Notes under the pieces: generated by a model
Database searches by the model: none
Told to the model about the DNA's origin: nothing
Seen by the model: only the letters and a program-made list of their open reading frames with translations
IMG/VR virus record: IMGVR_UViG_3300032116_000296
Span: 1-51,310 of that record
Strand: one strand, 5' to 3'
DNA from: a virus
Taxonomy: Duplodnaviria; Caudoviricetes
DNA length: 51,310 bases
Translations under genes and position numbers: made by a program
Part shown: positions 9,934 to 19,815 of the stretch, piece by piece
Numbering within the stretch: the stretch's first letter is position 1
Layout of the letters: every line of letters starts with the position of its first letter

Positions 9934-10730
9934 TATTCAGAACTCTTATGTTTCTCAAGATCCAACGTTGGCTTTAGGTCGACTCTATTTACCTTACCCT
10001 TCGCAGCGTTAATCATCTTTTCTGCTGCTTTTACTTTCTTATTTACCACTTTCATAGAACCTGGATCTACTGCTTCTTTTTTCATTTCTCTTCTCTTCAA
10101 AGCAGCAAGAGTTCCAGCTTGTACTGGCTTCTCGACTTTTGAAAGAGCATCAGACTTGGCTTGAGCAGCCTTGATATGCGCTGGCATTTTGTATCCTGCA
10201 ACACGCTTGTCTGGATCACCTGCTTCATCAATCTGCTCGACTTCTTCTTTCTTCAACTCTTTCGCACGACGCTCAGAGGCTGGCATTTCTTGATCCTGCT
10301 TTCTCTGTAGTTCTGCTGCACGCTTATCTGATGCTGGAACTTGACCTGATGCACCAATATCATGCAATCGCTGTGCAAGTGCTGGGCGTTCTTGAGCAAG
10401 TTGAGCCACTGACTTTGTTGTATCAGTGTGAGCCTTTGCGCCCATTGAAGCCAGTGCCATTGCACCAACCGCAAGTGCTTTTGCAACTTTACCTTCTTCA
10501 AGTTCAACATCTTCTGAAAGAACTTCGGTTGTTGGCTCTTCAACTTTTTGCTCAACAACATTTGCAGATTGAATTCGAAAACCAAGAGCGCGTTGCTGAT
10601 TAGCAGCACGATTCAATGCTTCTTCTGCGTTTTGAGCCTCAACAACACGATTGATAGTCTCAACGCGACGACGCAAAGAAACATGTTCGTGAGAAGGATT
10701 GGTATATTTGAGTTCGACTACGTGTTTCAT
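9933..10730 (-). CDS. Hypothetical protein with EDVELEE / EEVEQIDE motifs
   Basis: 265 aa, in operon-like packing, with the same acidic motifs as the next gene. Confidence 0.65.
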   Translation of the reverse strand: MKHVVELKYTNPSHEHVSLRRRVETINRVVEAQNAEEALNRAANQQRALGFRIQSANVVEQKVEEPTTEVLSEDVELEEGKVAKALAVGAMALASMGAKAHTDTTKSVAQLAQERPALAQRLHDIGASGQVPASDKRAAELQRKQDQEMPASERRAKELKKEEVEQIDEAGDPDKRVAGYKMPAHIKAAQAKSDALSKVEKPVQAGTLAALKRREMKKEAVDPGSMKVVNKKVKAAEKMINAAKGKVNRVDLKPTLDLEKHKSSE

Positions 10731-10731
10731 A

Positions 10732-12573
10732 TTACTTACCCATTTTCTTTGCGGCTACAGACTTCAAACGAGCCTTGAGAACATCACCGAATGTGATGCG
10801 TGTTTTATCGCCATGATGTGCAGCGAGTGCCTTTTCTTTTGGAGTTACAGCAACTTTGCCTTCAGCTTCAGTTACTTGCTCGACTTCCTCGCGCATTCCC
10901 GCTTCTCTTTCTGCGCCGAGTTTTGCAGCAATTGCCATTTGACGACGCTTTTCCATGCTCTTTCCCTTGAACTGAGGAGCATCAGATTTCTTGAAGTCTT
11001 TTATCACTGTGCCCATCTTGGCTTTTGCGAGATTAATTTTCTCATCAATCTGCTCGACTTCTTCATTCATCTCGCCTTGCATATAGTTTGATGCAGTTGA
11101 GATATAGTCTTCAGCGAGAGTGATCTTGCTTTGAACCCATTCAGGAAGGTTTGTATTTTCTTCAAGCATGTCATGCATACGCTTTGAGTTTGCCATGATG
11201 CTACGAAGTTGAGACTTTGCCATATCACCTTCGTAATCGTATTCACCAACATCTGCTTGATCTTTAACTTCTTCTTTCATTGCTTTCTTTTCTTTTTTCA
11301 TCTCAGCAGCACGTGCTTTTACTTTCGCAAGGAATGTTTCTTTGCCCATTCTATTCATTGCAGTTGCTCTTTTGATAACATCTTTACGATCTTTGACGCC
11401 TTCGTATCCAGTTACTTCATCAAGTTCAACTTCTTCTTTCGCCATTGTTTTTTCCATAGAGCGATGCACTGCTGCAACAGCGCCCTTATTCATTGCTTTA
11501 CGTGCAAGATTACGAACGTAACGATATCCTGCTGGTTGTTTTCCTGGTGGCATCTTTGGTTTCTCCTTGACTGGACCGCCGAGCATTGATTCGGCTTCCT
11601 TCTTTGTAACTTCTTCAATCTGCTCGGCTTCTTCGTTTGCCTTAGCGACTTGTTTTTTTGCATATTCTGCACGAGCCTGAGCAAGAACTTCCTCGCCACG
11701 CTTACGGCTGGCATCGCTTGCAGTTTTTTCTCTGTCAAATGCGCGTTGCAATTTAACGGCTGCACTCATGCGCTTTGAGCCTTCATCGAGTTCGACTTCT
11801 TCATTTGCGATGGCTTTTCTTGCTGCCGCTTTTTGTGCAGCGGTAAGACCTGCGCCCTTGCCTAATTCTCTTACATTTGATCTGTCGCGATATAGAAGTG
11901 CTTTTAGTTTCTCTTTCTTTATTTTTGCTGCTTCATCAACCTGTTCGACTTCTTCAAAATGAGCCTTCATGTGTGCTTCGGTGTCTTTTTTGGTTTGATT
12001 TGGACCAAGACCACCGAGTTTTGTCATGCGGCGAATATACTTTTTAGAAGCAGCAGCAGCACGAGGATTCTTATCTCGATTTAAGAAGTTCTTGACATCA
12101 GATGACTTTGGACGAGCGGCTGCTTCATAATCGAAGCGCATGTTTGCTTCATCGAGTTCGACTTCTTCTTTTTTCATTTTTAATGAGCGTGGACCAACTT
12201 TCTTTGCTTTTTCTGATTCATATGGATCAAGAGAGACTTTTGGATTGAATCCAGCTTTGATTCCAGCAATCATTCCCTTTGCAGTTGACATGTTTGATCC
12301 AGCCATAGAACTATGACCGCCTGAACCAGCAGCACCAATAGGTTGACGACCACCTTTTGCCATGTATGCTTGCTGTCTTGCTGCATTTAAAGCGCGCACA
12401 GAACCAGGCTCAACAGCAATCTCTTTTCTTGGTGTTACCTTCACCTTCTTCGCTGCAGCAGCAGATCTACCTTCCATGTCATCGGGCATCTTCATATTGT
12501 TCTTTTTATACCATGCCTTTTGAGCAGCCTTTGACATCTTATGCAAGAGTGCTGGAACTTTTACGTCTGCCAT
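10732..12573 (-). CDS. Lys/Ala-rich protein with repeated EEVE(L/Q)xDE motifs (probable protease-processed internal head protein)
   Basis: 613 aa. At least seven EEVELDE / EEVEQ(V/I)(D/T)E / EEAEQIEE motifs separate basic segments. Also contains EYDYEGDMAKSQL..LPEWVQSKITLAEDYI. Confidence 0.7.
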   Translation of the reverse strand: MADVKVPALLHKMSKAAQKAWYKKNNMKMPDDMEGRSAAAAKKVKVTPRKEIAVEPGSVRALNAARQQAYMAKGGRQPIGAAGSGGHSSMAGSNMSTAKGMIAGIKAGFNPKVSLDPYESEKAKKVGPRSLKMKKEEVELDEANMRFDYEAAARPKSSDVKNFLNRDKNPRAAAASKKYIRRMTKLGGLGPNQTKKDTEAHMKAHFEEVEQVDEAAKIKKEKLKALLYRDRSNVRELGKGAGLTAAQKAAARKAIANEEVELDEGSKRMSAAVKLQRAFDREKTASDASRKRGEEVLAQARAEYAKKQVAKANEEAEQIEEVTKKEAESMLGGPVKEKPKMPPGKQPAGYRYVRNLARKAMNKGAVAAVHRSMEKTMAKEEVELDEVTGYEGVKDRKDVIKRATAMNRMGKETFLAKVKARAAEMKKEKKAMKEEVKDQADVGEYDYEGDMAKSQLRSIMANSKRMHDMLEENTNLPEWVQSKITLAEDYISTASNYMQGEMNEEVEQIDEKINLAKAKMGTVIKDFKKSDAPQFKGKSMEKRRQMAIAAKLGAEREAGMREEVEQVTEAEGKVAVTPKEKALAAHHGDKTRITFGDVLKARLKSVAAKKMGK

Positions 12574-12852
12574 TTAGAATTCCTCGATCTTCAATTTAAG
12601 ATCTGTTGTCCCGCGCTTTATTCTATGATAAGTTTTTGCAGGAATAAAAAACCTATCGCCTTTGTATAACTTCTTTGGAAGTCCATTATCAATTTGAATT
12701 TCCCAATTACTTCCTTCCAAAACTTCTATAAATCTACCGTTCTCATCACGATGCCAAACCAACTCCTCAGTCAATACATCGTGCCTGAAAGTTCGTATAA
12801 AAGACCAATTATTTAGTTCTTGGTCTTCATATGGCTTTTTTTCTACCACCAT
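12574..12852 (-). CDS. Small cupin-fold protein
   Basis: ELVWHRD...IEVLEG and FFIPAKTYHRI cupin motifs. Confidence 0.65.
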   Translation of the reverse strand: MVVEKKPYEDQELNNWSFIRTFRHDVLTEELVWHRDENGRFIEVLEGSNWEIQIDNGLPKKLYKGDRFFIPAKTYHRIKRGTTDLKLKIEEF

Positions 12853-15596
12853 GTTTGTCCTGAATCAGAAAAGTATCTTGGCCAACGGCAAGCCCAATAG
12901 GATCTTGACGTCTTATCTTTATTCGTTAAACAATGGTGACGAGCGACGAAAGAACGAACTCTTGCTGGATCGTTGTATTTCTTTGCCATACCAGAATTGC
13001 TGAAGGTAATCTTACGAATACCATCACCAACACGAACATAAACCGCACCGCCACCACCAGAGCGAAATGGTTTACCGATGCCCTTGCCGCCAGTTGGATC
13101 TCCTTCTTCGCTCACAGGAACGCAATTAGGGACCATCTTGTCGCCTTTCTTTTTCATTCCGCGTTGAGCATAACCTTTCCAACATTCCTCTAGACCTTCC
13201 TCAATTGGATAGTCTAGAACGACTGTTTGTCCTTCGTATTCTGCAATCTCACCAATATCTGAGTTTAGAAGATCGACTTCATATTCATCAGCTGGTGTAT
13301 ATTTGCCTTCCTTATAAAGACGCTTTGCCTCTCCAATCAATTCAAAGAACATTTCTGAACCTGGACGGAAAACGTTTTGAGTAAAAGAAATATTATTTTC
13401 TGTATGATACTGAACTGCTTCTTCGAGAGTGAGTTCAGAAGAATCTTCTTCCTTTACAAGTTTCCAACCAGCGATATGATCTTTGACTCGCTTATATCCC
13501 TTTGGAACAGAATGACCGCCAGGAGGAGCAGGAACCTGACGAGGTGTTGGCATGAAACCTTTTTCTTCTGGTTTCTTTTCTTCATAAGCATTGAAGCGAG
13601 ATGCAACTGGGAGACCTTGCATTGTTGAATCAAGATTTCTTGGAGGTGATTTCAAGTTTTTTGTTTTTTTCTTAGAGTCGCCTAGTTTAGGATCGAAAAC
13701 TGCTGTTACTTCTGTGTCTTCTTCTTTTTCTTTTTTGGCTTCGGTTCGGAGGTCTCTGAAACTCTTTGGAACACTTCGTTCACTTGCTCCTCCAACTGAC
13801 TCATTTTGAGAGCCATCTTTGCAGCCGCAATCTCCTCCACATTCACACTCTGCTTCTTCGGACTTAACAGTTTTCTTAGACTTGTAAGCATCTTCAATTT
13901 CTCCCTGTCCTGGCGTCATAGCAATAGCATGCTTACGATATTCGTCAGTACCCATTAATTGCATTTCAAAAAGTGTATTAATATCTTCTTCGGTTTCTTC
14001 ACGAAGATCTTTATCTGCTGTGTGATAAGTCTTTCCTTTATTGATGTAAGAGTTCACACGAGCATGACCCCACTGTTGTGGTGTTGTTCCTGGACGATGT
14101 CCAGAATTCCAAGCAGCAACTCCACGCTTGTAAACTTTGCGGAGCGTTCCTACTGAAATACCTGACTTCTCAGCTTTTGCTGCGAGTGAAGAATCAGCCG
14201 CACCCTCAGCAACTACATCCTCTGAAACTCGACCAGTTTCTTGTCTCTTGTCCATGACTGCAGTGATGTTTCCACTGCGCGGAAGGCGACGAACTTTCTG
14301 AAGTTCTGCCTCATCCATCATCTTACGAACAGCAACTGTGTGCTTGCTTGGTTTCGTTTTTGCTGTTGCATCACCAGGAGCTGGTTCATATGCTCTTGGA
14401 TCACTATCAGATAACTTTGCTTTTTCTTTCCAGTGAGCTGCTCTAGCCTTTGCAGTAGATGGGCTTAAACCACGGACATACTTCTTTGGAAGTCCAGATG
14501 CTTTATCTTTTGCGACTGGTGGAAAATACTTTTCTTTAATTACAGAGAAAGACTTTGGCTCAGGAGTTGATTTCATTTCAAGACCAAGACTTGTAACTCT
14601 TTCTAAAAGTTTTTCGATTTGATCGCCAAAGAAAACTTTCTCTAGTTCTGAAGACTCGTTCAAATTAATTGAGTTATTGAAAATAAACGCTTCAACATCT
14701 TTAGCAAGTTGCTCAGCTTTTAGATATTTGTCAATACGTTTTGATTCTGTGATTGGTTGTTCGCGTTGTTCATTGCGTAAGCGTGAAACCTTATTCGTTA
14801 CAGATACATGCACAAAATCAAATGTATAACCTTCTAGTAAATTTTGAACAAGTTCAATTTTCTCAGCATCGTTAGCGCCATTGATAACGATATTTTGATT
14901 TGATTCAAATAGTTCAGCAGCAGCACCATTGAGAATTTGATCTGCTTGAACTTCGGTCAAATCAAAACGAGAAAAGATGTTCTTAAGAACATAGTCTTTT
15001 CCGCTTCCTGGACCACCAAGTAAAAAAATGCCGATTGGGTTTGTTGATTCCATTTGCATACCTTTTTTTAATGCATCATGTATTTGTGCGCCGAGTTTCT
15101 TATCGCTATATTTTCCAATAAACTCATCTCGTTTTCCAGCAGCAACTAGCGCTCGATGCTTCGAAGCAGATTCTCCTTCTGCACCTTCCGCGTCTGGGTC
15201 ACGTTGTCCTGCTGACACAACGTTGACCTTTTTAACTCCTGGATATTCTTTCTTTCTGTATTTATTGAGCAGAGAATGGAAGTCATCGACACGATCAGAA
15301 CCCACTACCATTGTGACATGAGTGTGTCCTTGTTTCTCTAAATGTTTCATCGCATCGATTGCTGTTCGCACTTTGCCTGAAGAAACAATATTTGCAGTTG
15401 GAAATAGACGACGCATAAATCCAACCTTTTCGCCATGAGCCAATGGATTTTTCTTGGCATCTTGAGAATGTGATGGGAAAATATAATGACGACCGCCAGT
15501 TTTTTCAGCATGTCCTTGAACTGCGCTGACTAATTTGCCATGTCCACCTTCAGTTGGAGCATTAAATCTTCCGAATGTAAATGTTGCTTTACTCAT
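12843..15596 (-). CDS. Multidomain protein: HIGH-family nucleotidyl(cytidylyl)transferase + P-loop kinase + several small phage domains
   Basis: FTFGRFNAPTEGGHGKL, SHSQDAKKNPL, MVVGSDRV and SAGQRDPDAEG (phage cytidylyltransferase-like). FLLGGPGSGKD (Walker A). Later motifs RPGTTPQQWGHARVNSY, CWKGY...VPNCV and RSFVARHHC..YWACRW. Confidence 0.75.
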   Translation of the reverse strand: MSKATFTFGRFNAPTEGGHGKLVSAVQGHAEKTGGRHYIFPSHSQDAKKNPLAHGEKVGFMRRLFPTANIVSSGKVRTAIDAMKHLEKQGHTHVTMVVGSDRVDDFHSLLNKYRKKEYPGVKKVNVVSAGQRDPDAEGAEGESASKHRALVAAGKRDEFIGKYSDKKLGAQIHDALKKGMQMESTNPIGIFLLGGPGSGKDYVLKNIFSRFDLTEVQADQILNGAAAELFESNQNIVINGANDAEKIELVQNLLEGYTFDFVHVSVTNKVSRLRNEQREQPITESKRIDKYLKAEQLAKDVEAFIFNNSINLNESSELEKVFFGDQIEKLLERVTSLGLEMKSTPEPKSFSVIKEKYFPPVAKDKASGLPKKYVRGLSPSTAKARAAHWKEKAKLSDSDPRAYEPAPGDATAKTKPSKHTVAVRKMMDEAELQKVRRLPRSGNITAVMDKRQETGRVSEDVVAEGAADSSLAAKAEKSGISVGTLRKVYKRGVAAWNSGHRPGTTPQQWGHARVNSYINKGKTYHTADKDLREETEEDINTLFEMQLMGTDEYRKHAIAMTPGQGEIEDAYKSKKTVKSEEAECECGGDCGCKDGSQNESVGGASERSVPKSFRDLRTEAKKEKEEDTEVTAVFDPKLGDSKKKTKNLKSPPRNLDSTMQGLPVASRFNAYEEKKPEEKGFMPTPRQVPAPPGGHSVPKGYKRVKDHIAGWKLVKEEDSSELTLEEAVQYHTENNISFTQNVFRPGSEMFFELIGEAKRLYKEGKYTPADEYEVDLLNSDIGEIAEYEGQTVVLDYPIEEGLEECWKGYAQRGMKKKGDKMVPNCVPVSEEGDPTGGKGIGKPFRSGGGGAVYVRVGDGIRKITFSNSGMAKKYNDPARVRSFVARHHCLTNKDKTSRSYWACRWPRYFSDSGQTWW

Positions 15597-16744
15597 ATCA
15601 CACTCTTTTGTGCTTTCTGCGCTTTGAATATTGCTGATCTTTTACGATTGGCTTCAGTGAATTTACGAGGAACAAATTTCATTCCATTTGAAACGAATCC
15701 TTCACCAGCAGCTTCTTCACCATCGATATGATGAGAATAACCACCATGTGCAGTTTTAGATAGTGAGTCAGCAACTGCATATGTGGCTTGTTGTAGATGG
15801 TGGTGAACATCAAAGGTACGATCAAACTTGTCTAGATTATCATTTACATGATTAATTGCAGCACGCATTTCTTCTGCTTTTTGATTCTTTGCTTTTTCTG
15901 TTTTTACAGAATCGATTCTTTTCTGATGATGCGCTTGTAAAAACTTTATGTATCCTTTTGCACCTGGTTTCTCACCAGAATCTATCGTTGAATTGGCATA
16001 ACGATTTAATGTTTCTTCATGACCCTCATGATGATCGTGAGAATGGTCCTTTGCAAGTTTTTTTACCATTGCAATATGTTCAAGTGCTTTACGCTTTGCT
16101 TCTGGACTCATTGTGCGATGTTCATCTGAAACAATATGATCCATTACATGAACATCTGGATGGTCTTTCGTAGCACCAGCCTCTAATGGAGAAGCCTTTC
16201 CATCTGCGGCAATTCTTGAATGTAAGGCAATGCTCAATCTAGCCTTTGCAAGTTTCTTTCCTTCTGGAGAATTTTTGTCGACAGAGTAACGAATAGTATT
16301 TGGTTTGTGACCTATCTTACCATCTTCTTCGGTACGATCCTCAAGGGAACTTAGATATCCACCCTGATATTCGCCTGGACCTTCTGGAAGCACTTTCGCA
16401 ATGTGCTTATGAATATTCATCAATGGTCCAGCAATGTATGGTTTTTCGCTATGCTGTTTCTTTACATCTTCAGCAGAAAAATTGTAGGTAGAACCAGCGC
16501 CTTTATATTTTACGCCGATTTTACCTTCTGGAGTGCGAATGACTTGAAAGGACATACGATCGTCGATCTTTCGAGTGATCGGAGCGCGACCGCTGATGAC
16601 GCCTTGAATCTTGGAGAGAGTAGAACCAACTGCACCCTTACGAGCGCTGAAGGCTGATTCTGAAGGATGTGGAAGGTGTTGTATTCCGCGAACTGGCTTT
16701 TTCTGTTCTGTTAATAACGGAATAGATTGTTTGAAACCAAACAT
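15593..16744 (-). CDS. Conserved T4-like hypothetical protein (His-rich), typical neighbour of the cytidylyltransferase gene
   Basis: 383 aa. HLPHPSE, TRKIDD, YQGGYL, KPNTIRY and GEGFV..KFVPR.F..AN motifs. Confidence 0.65.
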   Translation of the reverse strand: MFGFKQSIPLLTEQKKPVRGIQHLPHPSESAFSARKGAVGSTLSKIQGVISGRAPITRKIDDRMSFQVIRTPEGKIGVKYKGAGSTYNFSAEDVKKQHSEKPYIAGPLMNIHKHIAKVLPEGPGEYQGGYLSSLEDRTEEDGKIGHKPNTIRYSVDKNSPEGKKLAKARLSIALHSRIAADGKASPLEAGATKDHPDVHVMDHIVSDEHRTMSPEAKRKALEHIAMVKKLAKDHSHDHHEGHEETLNRYANSTIDSGEKPGAKGYIKFLQAHHQKRIDSVKTEKAKNQKAEEMRAAINHVNDNLDKFDRTFDVHHHLQQATYAVADSLSKTAHGGYSHHIDGEEAAGEGFVSNGMKFVPRKFTEANRKRSAIFKAQKAQKSVI

Positions 16745-16770
16745 ACTCTCTCCACACTGTGGGATTATAG

Positions 16771-16780
16771 TATATTTAGT
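16771..16780 (-). promoter_or_regulatory. Putative late promoter (ACTAAATATA)
   Basis: tatatttagt upstream of the 15593..16744 gene, marking the start of the presumed late block. Confidence 0.55.
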
Positions 16781-17660
16781 TATTTTTAGCAGTTAAGATA
16801 TTGTATATGATATCATCGACAGTTTGTTGGATCGTATACTCTGGTCGATATCCAAGTTCTCTTAACTTGGTATTATCCATGAAGAAAGAGCGAGAAGATT
16901 GAACCTTCTTGTGAAATTCTTTCTGTTCAATCGTACGCAGTTCAGAAGCCGAATCCATAGCATCTCGAGCGTAACGAACCACATCACGGAAGATTATTGG
17001 GTATCCGTTTCCGATGTTATAGATGGAGTTGAGTTCTCCATTGTTGACAACCAGATTGATTGCTCGAGCGCAATCGCGAACATCAATATAATCACGATAA
17101 AAATAACCACTATCATAGAGGTCGACGGGTCTGTTTGCAGCGATTTCGCCCAATAGATATTGGAGCGCGTTCTTCTTCGCAGATACCTTTTTATCTTCTG
17201 CACCCAATACATTTGCCAGCCTCAGTATGCGATAATTCAAATCAAATGTCTCGCAATAAGACATAAGCAATTGTTCAGCGCATCGTTTTGTAATCGAATA
17301 AAACCCCTTTGGATTGCATGTTTCGTTCTCTGAGATTCCACGAGAACCTTCACCGAAACCAGAGTCCAATCCATAGACAAACCAAGAACTGATGAAGTTA
17401 AAGCATCCTTTCTCACCAGTTTCTTTTATATATTTGCGATACTCGTCTAGCACCTTCATTAATACAATGAGATTAGTATCAATATCCACCGTAGAACTGA
17501 TATGTACATTATAGTTATCAACGGTACTAATAAAGTAAACGCAATCTGGTGTCCGTACTTGGTAGTTATCTCGATAATTCTTGATGTAACCGTTTTTGGT
17601 TGTATTGCAGAATTGAGTTCCGACAAATCCGTACCCTCCAAAGATGTTTAGCATTCCCAT
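16776..17660 (-). CDS. NAD-dependent epimerase / 4-keto-reductase (extended SDR)
   Basis: FGGYGFVG Rossmann motif, FISSWFVYG, YSITK (YxxxK), RDYIDVRD. Start trimmed to MGMLNIF. Confidence 0.8.
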   Translation of the reverse strand: MGMLNIFGGYGFVGTQFCNTTKNGYIKNYRDNYQVRTPDCVYFISTVDNYNVHISSTVDIDTNLIVLMKVLDEYRKYIKETGEKGCFNFISSWFVYGLDSGFGEGSRGISENETCNPKGFYSITKRCAEQLLMSYCETFDLNYRILRLANVLGAEDKKVSAKKNALQYLLGEIAANRPVDLYDSGYFYRDYIDVRDCARAINLVVNNGELNSIYNIGNGYPIIFRDVVRYARDAMDSASELRTIEQKEFHKKVQSSRSFFMDNTKLRELGYRPEYTIQQTVDDIIYNILTAKNN

Positions 17661-18943
17661 TTTTGCATTACACTCTCGTAGTATTCCCAAACCTTATCAC
17701 CATAATGCGGTGGACATCCGACGAAGAATACGTTACTTAATGCCTTGTTCGCATTTGGATACTTGGACGCATCATCTAGATGTTTATAGCCAGGATGTAA
17801 GAGAATGTTTCCAGCGAAGTAATTGCGAGTTTGAATTCTATTCGCCTCACAGAATGCCTGAAGTTTTTCCTTGAGTTCAGGTGTGTCAGTGATCAACGGA
17901 ACGCCGAACCATGATGGATCAGCCTTATCAAGATTACTAGCAACACGAACGCCTGGAATATATTTCTCAAACATATCCTTGATTCGCTTGAAGTTTGCTC
18001 GACGCTTCACATCAATCTCATCGATCTTCTTCAACTGTTCTCTACCAATTGCACCCTGAAGGTCAAGTGGCTTGAGATTGTAGCCCATGTTCGTGAAGAG
18101 ATACTTGTGATCAATTATTCCATTATATCCTTCAAGCCATTTATCAAAGCGATTGCCACATGTTCCGCAAGCCAATAGATTAGCAGCACCGACGCAACGA
18201 CAATCACGACCCCACCAACTAATGCTGCGAGCAGTGTTGATGAGTTGCTCGTCGTTTGAGCAAACCATGCCGCCTTCGCCTGTCGAAATGTGGTGAGCAG
18301 GATAGAAAGATGTTGTCCACGCATAGTAATAATCCGTTAGAAGTTTACCATCCCACTTTGTGCCAAGTGAATCGCAGTTATCACCAATTAGATAAATGTC
18401 ATTTTCTGCACAGAACTTTGAGATCACATCCATATTTGGCGGATTACCAAGAACTGGCGAAACAAATACTGCAACAGTCTTTTCATTTATCCACTTTTGA
18501 ACTTGATTAAGGTCAAAGTTGAGTGTGTCCATTTCAATATCAACGAACACTGGAACAAGACCATTCTGAACAAGCGGAGCAATTGTTGTTGGAAACCCGA
18601 CAGGTGATACGATAACTTGATCGCCATCTTTCCAACCCAAGTGCTTCTTGAGAGCAGCAACCATGGTAAGGTTTGCTGATGAACCTGAGTTCACCATGTG
18701 GCAATGCCTTACATTAAACTTGCGACCAAATTCCCATTGAAACTTACCAACCTGTTCACCAGAAACAAGCCACTTGCCTGTGAGGAATGCACTTACACCA
18801 GCAATCACTTCCTTCTCATCCCAATATGGACCAGAATAGAATACGGTGTCTTTCTCAGGATTAAATTCCTTGCAGTTGTATGCATACTTTGGTGTACCAA
18901 CAGCGGCAACCAAATCTTCAATCATTTGCTTCACATCACTCAT
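17648..18943 (-). CDS. rfbH: NDP-4-keto-6-deoxyglucose 3-dehydratase (RfbH/DdhC/E1 type; DegT/DnrJ family)
   Basis: MVNSGSSANL and GDNCDSLG. SFYPAHHISTGEGG has His at the position of the usual PLP lysine. WGRDCRC..CGTCGNRF is an Fe-S-type Cys cluster. Confidence 0.85.
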   Translation of the reverse strand: MSDVKQMIEDLVAAVGTPKYAYNCKEFNPEKDTVFYSGPYWDEKEVIAGVSAFLTGKWLVSGEQVGKFQWEFGRKFNVRHCHMVNSGSSANLTMVAALKKHLGWKDGDQVIVSPVGFPTTIAPLVQNGLVPVFVDIEMDTLNFDLNQVQKWINEKTVAVFVSPVLGNPPNMDVISKFCAENDIYLIGDNCDSLGTKWDGKLLTDYYYAWTTSFYPAHHISTGEGGMVCSNDEQLINTARSISWWGRDCRCVGAANLLACGTCGNRFDKWLEGYNGIIDHKYLFTNMGYNLKPLDLQGAIGREQLKKIDEIDVKRRANFKRIKDMFEKYIPGVRVASNLDKADPSWFGVPLITDTPELKEKLQAFCEANRIQTRNYFAGNILLHPGYKHLDDASKYPNANKALSNVFFVGCPPHYGDKVWEYYESVMQKWEC

Positions 18944-19815
18944 TGTCTCATCCTCAAGATTTGTCCAAGATATTTACCATAATCCGATTTACTATACTTC
19001 TCGGCTGCACGACGAACTTCATGTTCCGTGACCCAAGCATTATTATACGCTATTTCTTCGGGGCAAGCAATCATCATGCCTGTTCTTCTTTGTACCGAAC
19101 CGACAAAAGTTGATGCCTCAGATAGCGACTCAAATGTACCAGTATCAATCCAAGCAATACCACGATTTAGATACTCAATTGTACAATCATGATTCTGCAT
19201 ATAAAGATTGTTGATATCGGTGATTTCTAACTCTCCTCTTGCAGAAGGTTGAATCTGCCATGCATAGTCTACTACTTTATTGTCGTAAAAGTAAAGCCCA
19301 GTGACTGCATAATTGCTTGGTGCAACTTTTGGTTTCTCAATAATTTTGATTGGATTGCCACTAGAGTCTTGTTCAATAACACCAAATCTTTCTGGATCAG
19401 CGACATGATAAGCAAACAATGTGCTACCCTTATGATTACTTGCAGCACGATTGAAGCGATTGATCAGTTCGTTGCCATAGAAAATATTGTCACCAAGAAT
19501 CAGAGTCACATCATCCTCGCCGATCCACTTCTCAGCGATACGGAAACACTCTGCAATTCCCTTTGGTTCTAACTGTGTAGCATAGCAAATCTTCAATCCC
19601 CACTGTGAACCATCACCAATCAAATTCTCAAATGGTGCACGATCAGCAGGTGAAGTAATGATCATGATGTCGCGAATATTCGCCATCATTAATGTTGAAA
19701 TTGGATAATAGACCAGTGGCTTATCATAGACAGGAAGTAACTGCTTTGATATTACTCGAGTACATGGATACAGGCGAGTGCCAAGACCACCTGATAAAAT
19801 AATTCCTTTACGCAT
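18940..19815 (-). CDS. rfbA: Glucose-1-phosphate thymidylyltransferase
   Basis: KGIILSGGLGTRLYP, SKQLLPVYDKP, LILGDNIFYG, SARGELEITD, WIDTGT. Confidence 0.95.
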   Translation of the reverse strand: MRKGIILSGGLGTRLYPCTRVISKQLLPVYDKPLVYYPISTLMMANIRDIMIITSPADRAPFENLIGDGSQWGLKICYATQLEPKGIAECFRIAEKWIGEDDVTLILGDNIFYGNELINRFNRAASNHKGSTLFAYHVADPERFGVIEQDSSGNPIKIIEKPKVAPSNYAVTGLYFYDNKVVDYAWQIQPSARGELEITDINNLYMQNHDCTIEYLNRGIAWIDTGTFESLSEASTFVGSVQRRTGMMIACPEEIAYNNAWVTEHEVRRAAEKYSKSDYGKYLGQILRMRQ

